Assembly: GCA_049599475.1 (NCBI GenBank)
Contig: JBMYOQ010000044.1
Span: 1 to 34,925 of the forward strand
Direction: 5' to 3'
Length of the DNA: 34,925 nt
Source: Opitutales bacterium
GTDB lineage: Bacteria; Verrucomicrobiota; Verrucomicrobiia; Opitutales; JABSRG01
Under the pieces are notes generated by a model. The model saw only the letters and a list, made by a program, of their open reading frames with translations, ran no database searches and had not been told where the DNA came from. How positions within the stretch are numbered: the stretch's first letter is position 1; every line of letters begins with the position of its first letter. This document shows, in pieces, positions 1-8,334 of this stretch. The position numbers and the translations under genes were made by a program.

Positions 1-40
1 AGGGCTCAAAAAGCGGTTGTCTCATGGGGTGTATCCTACA

Positions 41-68
41 AGGGCGAACCGTCCCTTGCGAAGTGCCG
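41..68 (+). repeat. Degenerate chimeric REP-like element (left half of type A + right half of type B)
   Basis: 41-53 AGGGCGAACCGTC is identical to the reverse complement of 6947-6959. 55-63 CTTGCGAAG matches the second half of the palindrome at 8299-8327 read on the minus strand. Confidence 0.55.
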
Positions 69-79
69 CCTTGAGCTCC

Positions 80-492
80 TTATTTGTAAACCAACTGTGC
101 CGTGGCAGTTGTATCAGCGTCCGAAGTCACGCGCACCCAGTAGGCCTCAAAGGCTTTGGGGAATACGTAATTCGTTTCCTTCCCGGCTTGAAGTTCGAAG
201 CTCTTATAGGGATACCAGTCGCCGACTCCGGAGATGTCTACTTCTACGGTGATGGTGGCGGCATTAGAGGATTCGAGGGTGAGTTCTTTCTTGTCGTAAC
301 TGGTCATCAAATACGGATCCGAAGGTGTATTGGCTTTTACAGGACTCTTCATCCAGGGACCGCCCACGCCGACGGGTTTGCCGAGTTTCCACATGTCGTC
401 GATGCCGCCTACCCAGAGGCCCGCTTTGCCGTCGTCGCTGCGGATGATGTGTTTGTTGTCGCCGGCTTTGTCGAGATTGACACCGGACATGA
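80..492 (-). pseudogene. Duplicated 3' fragment (about 136 codons) of the 808-aa gene; gene remnant or small stand-alone domain (ORF 80..532)
   Basis: Translation from MSGVNLDK to AQLVYK* matches the C-terminus of ORF 1928..4354 with 2 aa differences. Homology stops abruptly at 492. Confidence 0.8.
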
Positions 493-513
493 ACAAAGAA
501 CAAATGGCGATCC

Positions 514-548
514 AGAGTGGCCGGGCTACCATTAATCCCGGCCACTCT
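514..548 (-). terminator. 12-bp perfect GC-rich hairpin downstream of the fucosidase; possible terminator or mRNA stabiliser
   Basis: AGAGTGGCCGGG-N11-CCCGGCCACTCT. There is no U-tract immediately after the stem. Confidence 0.5.
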
Positions 549-628
549 TCCAGAGATTAATTTTCCTGTCTTTCACATCGTTTTGTGACGCCGGCCCTTC
601 TGTGCTGCGTCCGCTAAATACGTCGGTT

Positions 629-1870
629 TCAGCGGGCCGTGTCGTAAACTTCGTTGTCGTCAAATACAGTTTCTTGCTTTCTGAGTTCCTTCCAAGTTTC
701 TTTGTTGAGGGGCGGATAGCCTTGTTCCTGGATCATTTTGCCTAGCGCGCGAAACTCGCGATCAACATCTGGCGGGATGGCTCCTGAGGGATCTGGGCCG
801 AAGTTTAAGAGCAGGTTTGCGTTGTTTTTGGCAGCCTGCTCCAACATGCCGTAGAGCTTCGTGTGATTCCGAGATTTTCTCTTGGCACTCCATGCCCATC
901 CGCCTTGGGAGGTGACAGCGATCTCCGCTTTCTTCAGGCGATTGGCGTTCCAGGCTATGCTGGCGAGATCGGCGATTTTATTCCCTTGTTCACCCTTGCC
1001 GCGATAGTATTTGGCAATCGAACTCAGGCGTCGTTCGCCCACGAGCACGTCTTCGGTACCGGTGGCTCCGGTTTTGAAGAGGATGAGCGCGTGGGGTTGA
1101 TGCTCATGGATGAGGTCATAAAACTCCTGCATTTTGAAAAGTTCGAGGTTGGCCAAAACGCCTCCGAGCGTATCAAACCAGAAACCCGCAATGGGGCCGT
1201 ATTCGGTGGCTAGCTCAGTGATCTGCGCCTTTGCATATTCGCGGAATTTCTCAAAATCCTCGGGCTTTTCATAGAGAAAATGGTCCGGCTTCTTTTTGTA
1301 ATTTGGGCGGCCGTGTGTGTAGAGATCCCTGGGGATAAAGTAGGGGTGCGTCCAACTGATTCCGATGGAGTAGTAAAGGAATAGGGCGATGTTTTCCTCG
1401 CGGCAGGCTTCCGCGAGCTCACGCACGAAATCGCGCTGCATAGGATAATCCATGCTATCAAAGTCGGTTGCTTCGGAGTCCCAGAGAGCGAAGCCGTCGT
1501 GGTGCTGGGCGACGAAGGTAATGTAGCGCATCCCCGAAGCCTTCGCGAGTGTGGCAATGGCTTTGGCATCAAAATTCTCGCCGGTAACGGTGCGCGCATG
1601 AGCCTGGTAGGTGTCGAGCGGAATTCGCTTACGATTCATGGCCCATTCATTCTCCCACTTTCCCCAGACGCCCCAGTGGATGAACATCCCTAGGCGTGTG
1701 TCGTCGTACCACATTAAATTGGCTTTGCGTGGCGCCTCCGCAAAGAGGGCCTCCGCCGAGTGGCCTTTGAGGTAGTAAGGGACATCCGCGTTTAGGTGAT
1801 TTAGCGCCCATCCGCAGAGAGCCCAAACCAATACTGCTGATGGGAAGAGTCGGGGATTTTTTCTCATCAT
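629..1870 (-). CDS. Alpha-L-fucosidase, glycoside hydrolase family 29, with signal peptide
   Basis: GH29 motifs WYDDTRLGMFIHWG, HHDGFALWDS, GFWFD (nucleophile Asp) and NLLLNFGP. Hydrophobic N-terminus. Confidence 0.92.
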   Translation of the reverse strand: MMRKNPRLFPSAVLVWALCGWALNHLNADVPYYLKGHSAEALFAEAPRKANLMWYDDTRLGMFIHWGVWGKWENEWAMNRKRIPLDTYQAHARTVTGENFDAKAIATLAKASGMRYITFVAQHHDGFALWDSEATDFDSMDYPMQRDFVRELAEACREENIALFLYYSIGISWTHPYFIPRDLYTHGRPNYKKKPDHFLYEKPEDFEKFREYAKAQITELATEYGPIAGFWFDTLGGVLANLELFKMQEFYDLIHEHQPHALILFKTGATGTEDVLVGERRLSSIAKYYRGKGEQGNKIADLASIAWNANRLKKAEIAVTSQGGWAWSAKRKSRNHTKLYGMLEQAAKNNANLLLNFGPDPSGAIPPDVDREFRALGKMIQEQGYPPLNKETWKELRKQETVFDDNEVYDTAR

Positions 1871-1927
1871 ATCGTTGATAGGAAATTCAATTGAGGTTCG
1901 TTCATTTCAAAGCTCACGCTGAGCCTC

Positions 1928-4354
1928 TTACTTGTAGACTAATTGTGCCGTGGCGGTCGTATCGGTGTCCGAAGTCACGCGCACCCAGTATGCCTCGAAG
2001 GCTTTGGGGAATACGTAATTCGTTTTCTTTCCGGCCTGAAGCTCGAAGCTCTTATATGGATACCAGTCGCCGACTCCGGAGATGTCTACTTCTACGGTGA
2101 TGGTGGCGGCATTAGAGGATTCGAGGGTGAGTTCTTTCTTGTCGTAACTGGTCATCAAATACGGATCCGAAGGTGTATTGGCTTTTACAGGACTCTTCAT
2201 CCAGGGACCGCCCACGCCGACGGGTTTGCCGAGTTTCCACATGTCGTCGATGCCGCCTACCCAGAGGCCCGCTTTGCCGTCGTCGCTGCGGATGATGTGT
2301 TTGTTGTCGCCGGCTTTGTCGAGATTGACACCGGACATGACTATCAGCCCGCGGAAGCTAGCGTAGTCTTTGATGGCGAGGTTGTGTGAGGAGACGGGGC
2401 GCACGCGAGCGAATCCGGCTGCGTTGTTTGCCGGGAGTTCGTAGAAGGTCCCTGCGAAGTTGAAGAGATCCCGCTCGGTGACCACTTCGCGGCTGACGCG
2501 GCCATAGCCTAGAGCTTTGTCCTTTGCCTTGTAGGCAGGATTGTAAGGGATGCGGTAGCGCTTGCCATTGTCTTCGGTGTAGATGACAGAAGCGTCGTCG
2601 ATTTCGATGATGCCCGTGGGGTCTGGGATTGCAGCATTCTCGCGCAGCCAGTCACCCTGCTGGATATCTGAACTCGTTAGCTGCATGTTTCCATCGAGCA
2701 GGTAGAAACCGAGGCGCCCTTCAGGCGTGTCTGCAGCAAATTGAAAATTTCGTTTGTTCTTTGCAGCTGCGTGGACAATACCTCCGTTGACGGATGTCTC
2801 TCCAACTCGGGCGACGCCGTCGAAAATGTCCGGGGCCTGCTTTACTTTGCGAGAGTCGCCGTTGTCCATGTGGAACCAGGCGGTGGCTTTCCGGAGGTTT
2901 TTCGATGAGCTGAGTCGCAGCCAAGTAGCGTCTAGATTTTTGCTGACCTCATACCACTGATAGCCATTTACCTCGACCGTGTCATGGTGGCTCCATTCAC
3001 CGTTGCCCTGCTTGTCCACTTCGATGGTGATGGTTGTAGGAACTGTGCTGTTTAAATGGATGGCGCGGTAGCTGTAGTTATCAATGAGGAAGGGGGCGGA
3101 GGGCGTATTTGCAGCCACGTCATCCTTGAGCCAGACTGCTCCGCGGCCGATAACTGGACCGAAGTTGTCGAGCTCCTCGGGGTCGACAAACCAGAGGTTA
3201 GAATTTGACTGCGGTTCGGCAATATGTCCCTTCACCTTGCGCTTGTTGAGGAACTCTTTTCGGGCCGTGTCATCGGTCCCGAATACGACTTTTCCCTGCC
3301 ATTTGGCGAAGTCACCGATCACCTTGAGATAACTCGAGAGTGGCTTGATGCCTCGACTATTTTCGGGAGTGAAGGTCTTGGGGAAGGTCCAGAACATGCC
3401 ATGCATCGTCATGAGCAAATCGTCACCCGTACCGATTTCGCGGATACGCGGCCATTCCGTGTTCCAGCCGTGGGCTCCATCGTAGGCGTGGCTGGCTTTG
3501 GGTAGGCGGTAGCGGTGCCATTCGCCCTTGTGTAGGCACATCAGCAATACGGATTTGGCGTCCCAGCCGGTGGACCAGACGGGATCGTTCTTGGGGTCCG
3601 CATTTCCATAGATACCGCCGGGGCCCGTCACTTCGACGAATTGATTACGGAGCACTAAGTCCCAGTCACCTTCACCCTGCCAAGTCGCCAAAGCACCTGA
3701 TGGAACGAATGGATTAGAACGTGCCCCGCCCTTTTTTTCTCCGTTATTGGAATAGATCAGGTAGCCTTGTCCACTGTATAAGCCTTTACCGTGGTAGCCT
3801 GGGAGATTTGATTTAACGCCACCACCTACTGGATCTTGTCTATTTCCATCCTTAATGTGCTCGACAACTTCGAGGCTGTTCACGTCGACGGTGTAAAGGC
3901 CTTCCTCCATGGTTGCGATGTAGAGTTTGTTCTCGGGATCAGTGAGATGGCGCGCTGTCCCGGTGAGCCTACCAGGCATTTTGCTGGGGTTGATAACACG
4001 TACGTTACGTTCTTCATCAATGAAGTAGGGACCTATATTAAGCTGGCCCGATTCTTTATGAATCATTCGGTTAGCTGGCGTGCCTCCGACTGATTCTGAA
4101 CGGACAATCAAATCAAGTTCTGGTGTGATCTCATAAAGTTTGTCTGACGATCCAAGTGGACGGTGAGGAGCATAAGTAATCACCCATAGCCGATCCGCCC
4201 AAGGTACTACGGCACCGGTTCCGCACTCTCCTTCATTATTGTAGTATCCAAGGTGAGGATAAATGCCACTGTAGGATTCCTTCGCGGAGATGAGTGAGCT
4301 CCCAATTGGCAGAGCCAACAGAAAGAACATAAGTTTAAGGGTTTTGGGTTTCAT
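1928..4354 (-). CDS. Secreted 808-aa protein of unknown function with an internal two-fold repeat; possibly glycan-active
   Basis: Long ORF with a signal peptide (MKPKTLKLMFFLLALPIGSSLISA). Rich in Gly, Trp and predicted beta-strands. Co-oriented 57 bp upstream of the GH29 gene. Confidence 0.85.
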   Translation of the reverse strand: MKPKTLKLMFFLLALPIGSSLISAKESYSGIYPHLGYYNNEGECGTGAVVPWADRLWVITYAPHRPLGSSDKLYEITPELDLIVRSESVGGTPANRMIHKESGQLNIGPYFIDEERNVRVINPSKMPGRLTGTARHLTDPENKLYIATMEEGLYTVDVNSLEVVEHIKDGNRQDPVGGGVKSNLPGYHGKGLYSGQGYLIYSNNGEKKGGARSNPFVPSGALATWQGEGDWDLVLRNQFVEVTGPGGIYGNADPKNDPVWSTGWDAKSVLLMCLHKGEWHRYRLPKASHAYDGAHGWNTEWPRIREIGTGDDLLMTMHGMFWTFPKTFTPENSRGIKPLSSYLKVIGDFAKWQGKVVFGTDDTARKEFLNKRKVKGHIAEPQSNSNLWFVDPEELDNFGPVIGRGAVWLKDDVAANTPSAPFLIDNYSYRAIHLNSTVPTTITIEVDKQGNGEWSHHDTVEVNGYQWYEVSKNLDATWLRLSSSKNLRKATAWFHMDNGDSRKVKQAPDIFDGVARVGETSVNGGIVHAAAKNKRNFQFAADTPEGRLGFYLLDGNMQLTSSDIQQGDWLRENAAIPDPTGIIEIDDASVIYTEDNGKRYRIPYNPAYKAKDKALGYGRVSREVVTERDLFNFAGTFYELPANNAAGFARVRPVSSHNLAIKDYASFRGLIVMSGVNLDKAGDNKHIIRSDDGKAGLWVGGIDDMWKLGKPVGVGGPWMKSPVKANTPSDPYLMTSYDKKELTLESSNAATITVEVDISGVGDWYPYKSFELQAGKKTNYVFPKAFEAYWVRVTSDTDTTATAQLVYK

Positions 4355-4434
4355 AAATTTATTTTTTTTTGACGCTTTGGATTGTGAGGTTCTTCGAAAA
4401 GGAGCGCGCTGGATTCAGCCGGTTCATACCCTAT

Positions 4435-4506
4435 GAAGGTTGGTGTTGAACTTATTGGACGAAATTTCTTTCGAAAAAGTGTCCAAAGCCGATGTTTAGA
4501 GACTTC
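4435..4506. promoter_or_regulatory. Back-to-back candidate ECF promoters, GTCCAA-N16-CTTC on each strand
   Basis: Plus strand: GTCCAA 4481-4486 and CTTC 4503-4506. Minus strand: GTCCAA 4460-4455 and CTTC 4438-4435. Both have a 16-nt spacer. Confidence 0.6.
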
Positions 4507-4517
4507 TAAAGATACAC

Positions 4518-5051
4518 ATGAGCACTGATGATAATACAGAATCCTTCATCCGTTTACTTGCTGAGCACGAGCGTCGCTTGGCAGTTTATGTGACGAGCCT
4601 CGTTGGCCGTCCTCAGGACGCTCAGGATATTTTACAAGAGGGCAAACTGGTGATGTGGCGTCATTTCGAACGCTTCGAAAAAGGCACGAATTTTGGAGCT
4701 TGGGCGCGAAAGATCCTCTTTAATCAGGTGCTCAGCTACCGGCGCAAACTGAAGCGAATCGAAGGCCAAATGCTCAATGAAAACATTTTGGAGATGCTCC
4801 ACGAAGAGTCTGAGACCGCGATACGCGAGGAACGGTGGATGCGGCGCGAAAAGCATCTGAAGACCTGCATGCAGTCCCTGAAAACGGAGCATCAGGATAT
4901 TTTGCATCTACGTTATCGTGATGAAATGGGGATCGAGACCATTGCTCAAAAAATTGGGCGGACTGAAGGCGCTGTTTATCGCTTGCTGAGTCGCTTAAGA
5001 CGGTCCCTTTATGATTGTGTGGAAAACAAGAGTCAGGGGGTGGGGACATGA
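4518..5051 (+). CDS. ECF sigma-70 factor, Rhodopirellula/Verrucomicrobium-like family
   Basis: 177 aa. Region 2 (DAQDILQE..LVMWRHFERFEKGTNFGAWARKI) and region 4 HTH (LRYRDEMGIETIAQKIGRTEGAVYRLLSRLR). Confidence 0.92.
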   Translation: MSTDDNTESFIRLLAEHERRLAVYVTSLVGRPQDAQDILQEGKLVMWRHFERFEKGTNFGAWARKILFNQVLSYRRKLKRIEGQMLNENILEMLHEESETAIREERWMRREKHLKTCMQSLKTEHQDILHLRYRDEMGIETIAQKIGRTEGAVYRLLSRLRRSLYDCVENKSQGVGT

Positions 5052-6463
5052 ACGATCAGGATAAACAAAACCTGCTTGATTTAGCCGATGCGCACATCGA
5101 TGGGCGTCTAAGCGCAGAAGAGCATGAACGCCTGGAAGCGACCTTAAGTGCAAGCAAGGAAGCGCGTAGGCTATTCCTGGATTATATGCATGACCACGCG
5201 GCGTTGGCCCAGGAATTTGTGCACGGTGGAGAAATGCTTGAATTTTCCCTTGATGAACTTGAGGAATCGCCAGCTCGCGGCACTTGGGTGTGGAAAGCCG
5301 CGGCATCGATCGCAATTCTCTTCAGTCTGGGTCTCGGGGCGTTTTGGGGATCCTCCCAATCGGAAGGCGGCACATTTGCTTTCATTGAATCCAACAACTC
5401 AGCTCAGTGGAGTAGCTCCGATTTGCCGACTTCAATAGAGGCGCGTTTGGGACGCGGCTCGATGCGACTCGAAGAGGGTCTTGCAGTCTTGCGTTTTGAT
5501 TCGGGTGTTCTTGTGAGCTTAGAAGCCCCGGCTCATATCGAACTGCTGGACCCGATGAATGTGAACTTACTGGGCGGGACGGTCGTCGTAGAGGTCCCGG
5601 ATGGCGTCTCGGGTTTCACTGTTGAGACGATGGCGGCAAGTGTAGTGGATTATGGCACACAGTTCGCCGTAAACGTTGACCCAAGGACCATGGAGACGTC
5701 CACGATGGTCTTAGAAGGAGATGTCGAAGTGAAGCATCATTCGACTGGGACGAGTATACAGTTGGAGACCCGAGAGTTTAGCACTGCAAGTATTGAATCG
5801 ATTTCACAAGAATCGGAATGGTCGGAGTTTGGACCGTCGAATTCAAGGTCTCAGGATATTGTTTTGGAAAATGCCTGGGTCACCGCACCGTTAGTTGAAG
5901 ATAGTTACATCTTCAGTGCGTTTTGGAGAAACCGGTCTTCAGAGGCTCTACTTTTGGTTAAAAACGGAATCGAAGAGAGGGATGGTAAAGAATTTTCGCG
6001 GAAGGCATACATGTCCTTTGATTTATCGCAGATCGGAGGAGGGGAAATTGAAGACGCCGAGATTGTATTGAACTTTGCACCAACGGGATGGGGGCTCGCG
6101 TCTTTCGTGCCAGATGCGACCTTTGTTGTTTATGGTGTCAGCGATGACACGGGGGCTTGGAGCCACGGAGCTTTAAGTTGGGATAGCGCGCCCGGCAACG
6201 ATTTCTCCTCGGGAGGCACCATGGATCCAGCGCTTTCCCGAGAGTTGTTGCGGTTTGAGGTCCCGCAGGGCGTTACCCATGGAAATTTCATCATGCGTGA
6301 CCCAAAACTGCCAGAATGGCTCAGGAAACAAGACGGCACCATCACCTTCGTAGTTGTTCGAGAGACCGAGGAAACCAGGCAAGGCGGCCTGATTCACGGG
6401 ATTGCAAGCAGCCGTCACCCAAGCCTCCCTGGGCCGACTCTGCGGGTTAAGATTTCGGACTAG
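5048..6463 (+). CDS. Transmembrane anti-sigma factor with a FecR-like domain and a C-terminal DNRLRE/CBM96-like beta-sandwich
   Basis: ATG at 5048 overlaps the sigma stop (ATGA). N-terminal anti-sigma helices, TM segment WKAAASIAILFSLGLGAFW, FecR-like GFTVET..VVDYGTQFAV..VLEGDVEV, and C-terminal RKAYMSFDLS..PTLRV. Confidence 0.82.
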   Translation: MNDQDKQNLLDLADAHIDGRLSAEEHERLEATLSASKEARRLFLDYMHDHAALAQEFVHGGEMLEFSLDELEESPARGTWVWKAAASIAILFSLGLGAFWGSSQSEGGTFAFIESNNSAQWSSSDLPTSIEARLGRGSMRLEEGLAVLRFDSGVLVSLEAPAHIELLDPMNVNLLGGTVVVEVPDGVSGFTVETMAASVVDYGTQFAVNVDPRTMETSTMVLEGDVEVKHHSTGTSIQLETREFSTASIESISQESEWSEFGPSNSRSQDIVLENAWVTAPLVEDSYIFSAFWRNRSSEALLLVKNGIEERDGKEFSRKAYMSFDLSQIGGGEIEDAEIVLNFAPTGWGLASFVPDATFVVYGVSDDTGAWSHGALSWDSAPGNDFSSGGTMDPALSRELLRFEVPQGVTHGNFIMRDPKLPEWLRKQDGTITFVVVRETEETRQGGLIHGIASSRHPSLPGPTLRVKISD

Positions 6464-6616
6464 TTATTCTGAAAAGTATGGCTTAGATTGAATGTATTTT
6501 AAATCAAAATACATAAAAATTAATTTGCTTCCGGCATGTTCGGGTCTTTTACGGCGGTCAGTATTAATCGGAATAAAAGTATCTGGACCTTTCACGAAGG
6601 GGCTGATGGGAAAAAT

Positions 6617-6644
6617 GCAGGGCCTTCGCTTGCTCGGTGAGCCG
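6617..6644 (+). repeat. Chimeric REP-like element (left half of type B + right half of type A)
   Basis: GCAGGGCCTTCGCTTGC matches the reverse complement of 8310-8326 at 15/17. CTCGGTGAGCCG is identical to the reverse complement of 6936-6947. Confidence 0.6.
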
Positions 6645-6769
6645 CAGGATTTAAGCCTCTGTTGGGCCCCTTCTCAAAAGCCCATTCGCATTGAGCTCAA
6701 ATTATAAATCTGAGTATTCCGGGAGATGCGCTGTCCTGAAAGGGCGCTGCATTTAGGATGATGCCATCG

Positions 6770-6854
6770 GTAGCGGCCGATCTCCGAGCGGGCGAATGCT
6801 GCGTATCAGCTGGGCGAAATGGCTGTCTTCCACTGCTCGGAGTTCGGTTGCTAC
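6770..6854. repeat. Inverted GTAG...CTAC doublet (REPIN-like) with 22-bp imperfect arms
   Basis: GTAGCGGCCGATCTCCGAGCGG (6770-6791) pairs with CTGCTCGGAGTTCGGTTGCTAC (6833-6854), with 3 G-U pairs and 1 mismatch. Confidence 0.7.
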
Positions 6855-6935
6855 TCCCATTTCTCTCTAAAGGAAGCGACATCGTGCTATCTTCAGCGTC
6901 CGCCGATCGAGGGCTCAACAAATGCTAAAGTGCTT

Positions 6936-6962
6936 CGGCTCACCGAGACGGTTCGCCCTACC
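6936..6962 (-). repeat. GTAG-family REP-like element, type A
   Basis: Minus strand reads GGTAGGGCGAACCGTCTCGGTGAGCCG: a GTAG head plus an imperfect palindrome GGCGAACCG/CGGTGAGCC. Confidence 0.7.
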
Positions 6963-6994
6963 ATTTGTTTGCGAAAGTAATCTTGAGAACGGGT

Positions 6995-8248
6995 CTACTC
7001 GCGGACCATTTCGCTTTCTGAAGCCGCGGCTGGGCAGCCCTGGGCGCGACTGCGAGCGCGGAGGCGCAGGCCTTGGAGATGAATGAAGCCTGTTGCATCG
7101 TCTGGATTGTATGCGCTCTCGACACCTTCCATCGATGCAATATTTTCATCATACATCGAGTATTCTGATACACGGCCGGCGCACATGATGTTACCCTTGT
7201 AAAGCTTTAGCTTCACGGTACCAGATACAAATTCCTGACTCTTGTCGATGAAGGCCTGGAGGGCTTCGCGCTCGGGTGCGTACCAGAAGCCGTTGTAGAT
7301 CAACTGAGCGTATTTAGGGATCAAGCTGTCACGCAAATTCATGAGGTCGCGGTCCATGGTGAGTGTCTCCATGTGGCGATGAGCATTCATGAGGATCGTG
7401 CCGCCTGGTGTCTCATAAATTCCACGACTTTTCATTCCGACGAAGCGGTTCTCCACGATATCCACTCGGCCGATTCCGTGCTTGCCACCCAGGCGGTTGA
7501 GCTCCTTGAGGGCTCCTGCTGGAGTGAGGCTTACGCCATTGATCGCTACACAGTCGCCCTTCTCAAAGGTGAGTTCGACGTATTCGGCTTCCTCTGGTGC
7601 ATCGACTGGATCCGTAGTGAGTTTGTAAATACTCTTCTGGTCGGGAGTCGTCGCATCGAAGTCTGGATCTTCCAGAATGCCTGCCTCGTAGGAAATGTGC
7701 AGGAGGTTGCGGTCCATGGAGTAGGGCTTGGAAGCGCTCGCTTCGACGTCCACACCGTTTTCCTTACACCAATCGATCATCTCTGCGCGGCCGGGGAAGG
7801 CTTCGCGGAAAATTGGCATGCGCCAGGGTGATATGATTTGAATATCTGGGGAGAGTGCTGCGTATGTGAGCTCGAAACGAACCTGGTCATTCCCTTTACC
7901 GGTTGCTCCGTGAGATACCGCTTGAGCGCCTTCTTTTTTCGCGATTTCGAGCTGTGCCTTTGCAATGAGTGGGCGGGCGATCGAAGTCCCGAGGTAGTAT
8001 TGACCCTCGTAGATGGCGTTGGCGCGCATCATTGGGTATATGAAATCGCGGGCGAACTCCTCAACCAGATCTACTGTGTAGTGGGCTGTCGCGCCTGTTT
8101 GCTTCGCTTTGTCTCCGAGGCCTTCAAGTTCTTCTTCTTGGCCGATATCTGCCGAGAAGGTGATAATTTCGGCATTGTAATAGTCTTTGAGCCAGCGAAC
8201 GAGGACGGATGTGTCGAGACCACCGGAATAAGCGAGGACGATTTTCAT
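6995..8248 (-). CDS. argG: Argininosuccinate synthase
   Basis: Motifs [40 protein letters not shown]. Confidence 0.98.
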   Translation of the reverse strand: MKIVLAYSGGLDTSVLVRWLKDYYNAEIITFSADIGQEEELEGLGDKAKQTGATAHYTVDLVEEFARDFIYPMMRANAIYEGQYYLGTSIARPLIAKAQLEIAKKEGAQAVSHGATGKGNDQVRFELTYAALSPDIQIISPWRMPIFREAFPGRAEMIDWCKENGVDVEASASKPYSMDRNLLHISYEAGILEDPDFDATTPDQKSIYKLTTDPVDAPEEAEYVELTFEKGDCVAINGVSLTPAGALKELNRLGGKHGIGRVDIVENRFVGMKSRGIYETPGGTILMNAHRHMETLTMDRDLMNLRDSLIPKYAQLIYNGFWYAPEREALQAFIDKSQEFVSGTVKLKLYKGNIMCAGRVSEYSMYDENIASMEGVESAYNPDDATGFIHLQGLRLRARSRAQGCPAAASESEMVRE

Positions 8249-8298
8249 AGATCTAGAAGTGTAGTTTGGAAAAAGAAATTACGGATTGCAGTGAATCT

Positions 8299-8327
8299 GT
8301 AGGACCTTCGCAAGCAAAGGCCCTACC
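8299..8327. repeat. GTAG...CTAC palindrome, REP-like type B, between argF and argG
   Basis: GTAGGACCTTCGCAAGCAAAGGCCCTACC: an imperfect inverted repeat with GTAG on both strands. Confidence 0.65.
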
Positions 8328-8334
8328 ATTGAGC

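Larger units (their letters stand above)
80..2340. repeat. 413-bp direct repeat: 80..492 and 1928..2340 (offset 1848)
   Basis: By-eye alignment: 210-492 is identical to 2058-2340. There are about 15 substitutions in 80-209 versus 1928-2057. Confidence 0.95.

Noticed and set aside
17..535. Plus-strand ORFs 17..535 and 1943..2389, which are similar to each other
   Set aside because: They are antisense shadows of the duplicated minus-strand coding sequence.
80..2340. Diversity-generating retroelement (TR/VR pair at a gene 3' end)
   Set aside because: The differences are not adenine-specific, are mostly synonymous third-position changes, and there is no reverse transcriptase in the window.
6492..6921. 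Short ORFs 6492..6707 and 6697..6921
   Set aside because: They have no recognisable motifs and run through the palindromic repeats.
6590..6965. CRISPR array or tRNA in the repeat-rich gap
   Set aside because: There are no regularly spaced direct repeats, no cloverleaf or T-loop signature, and no cas genes.
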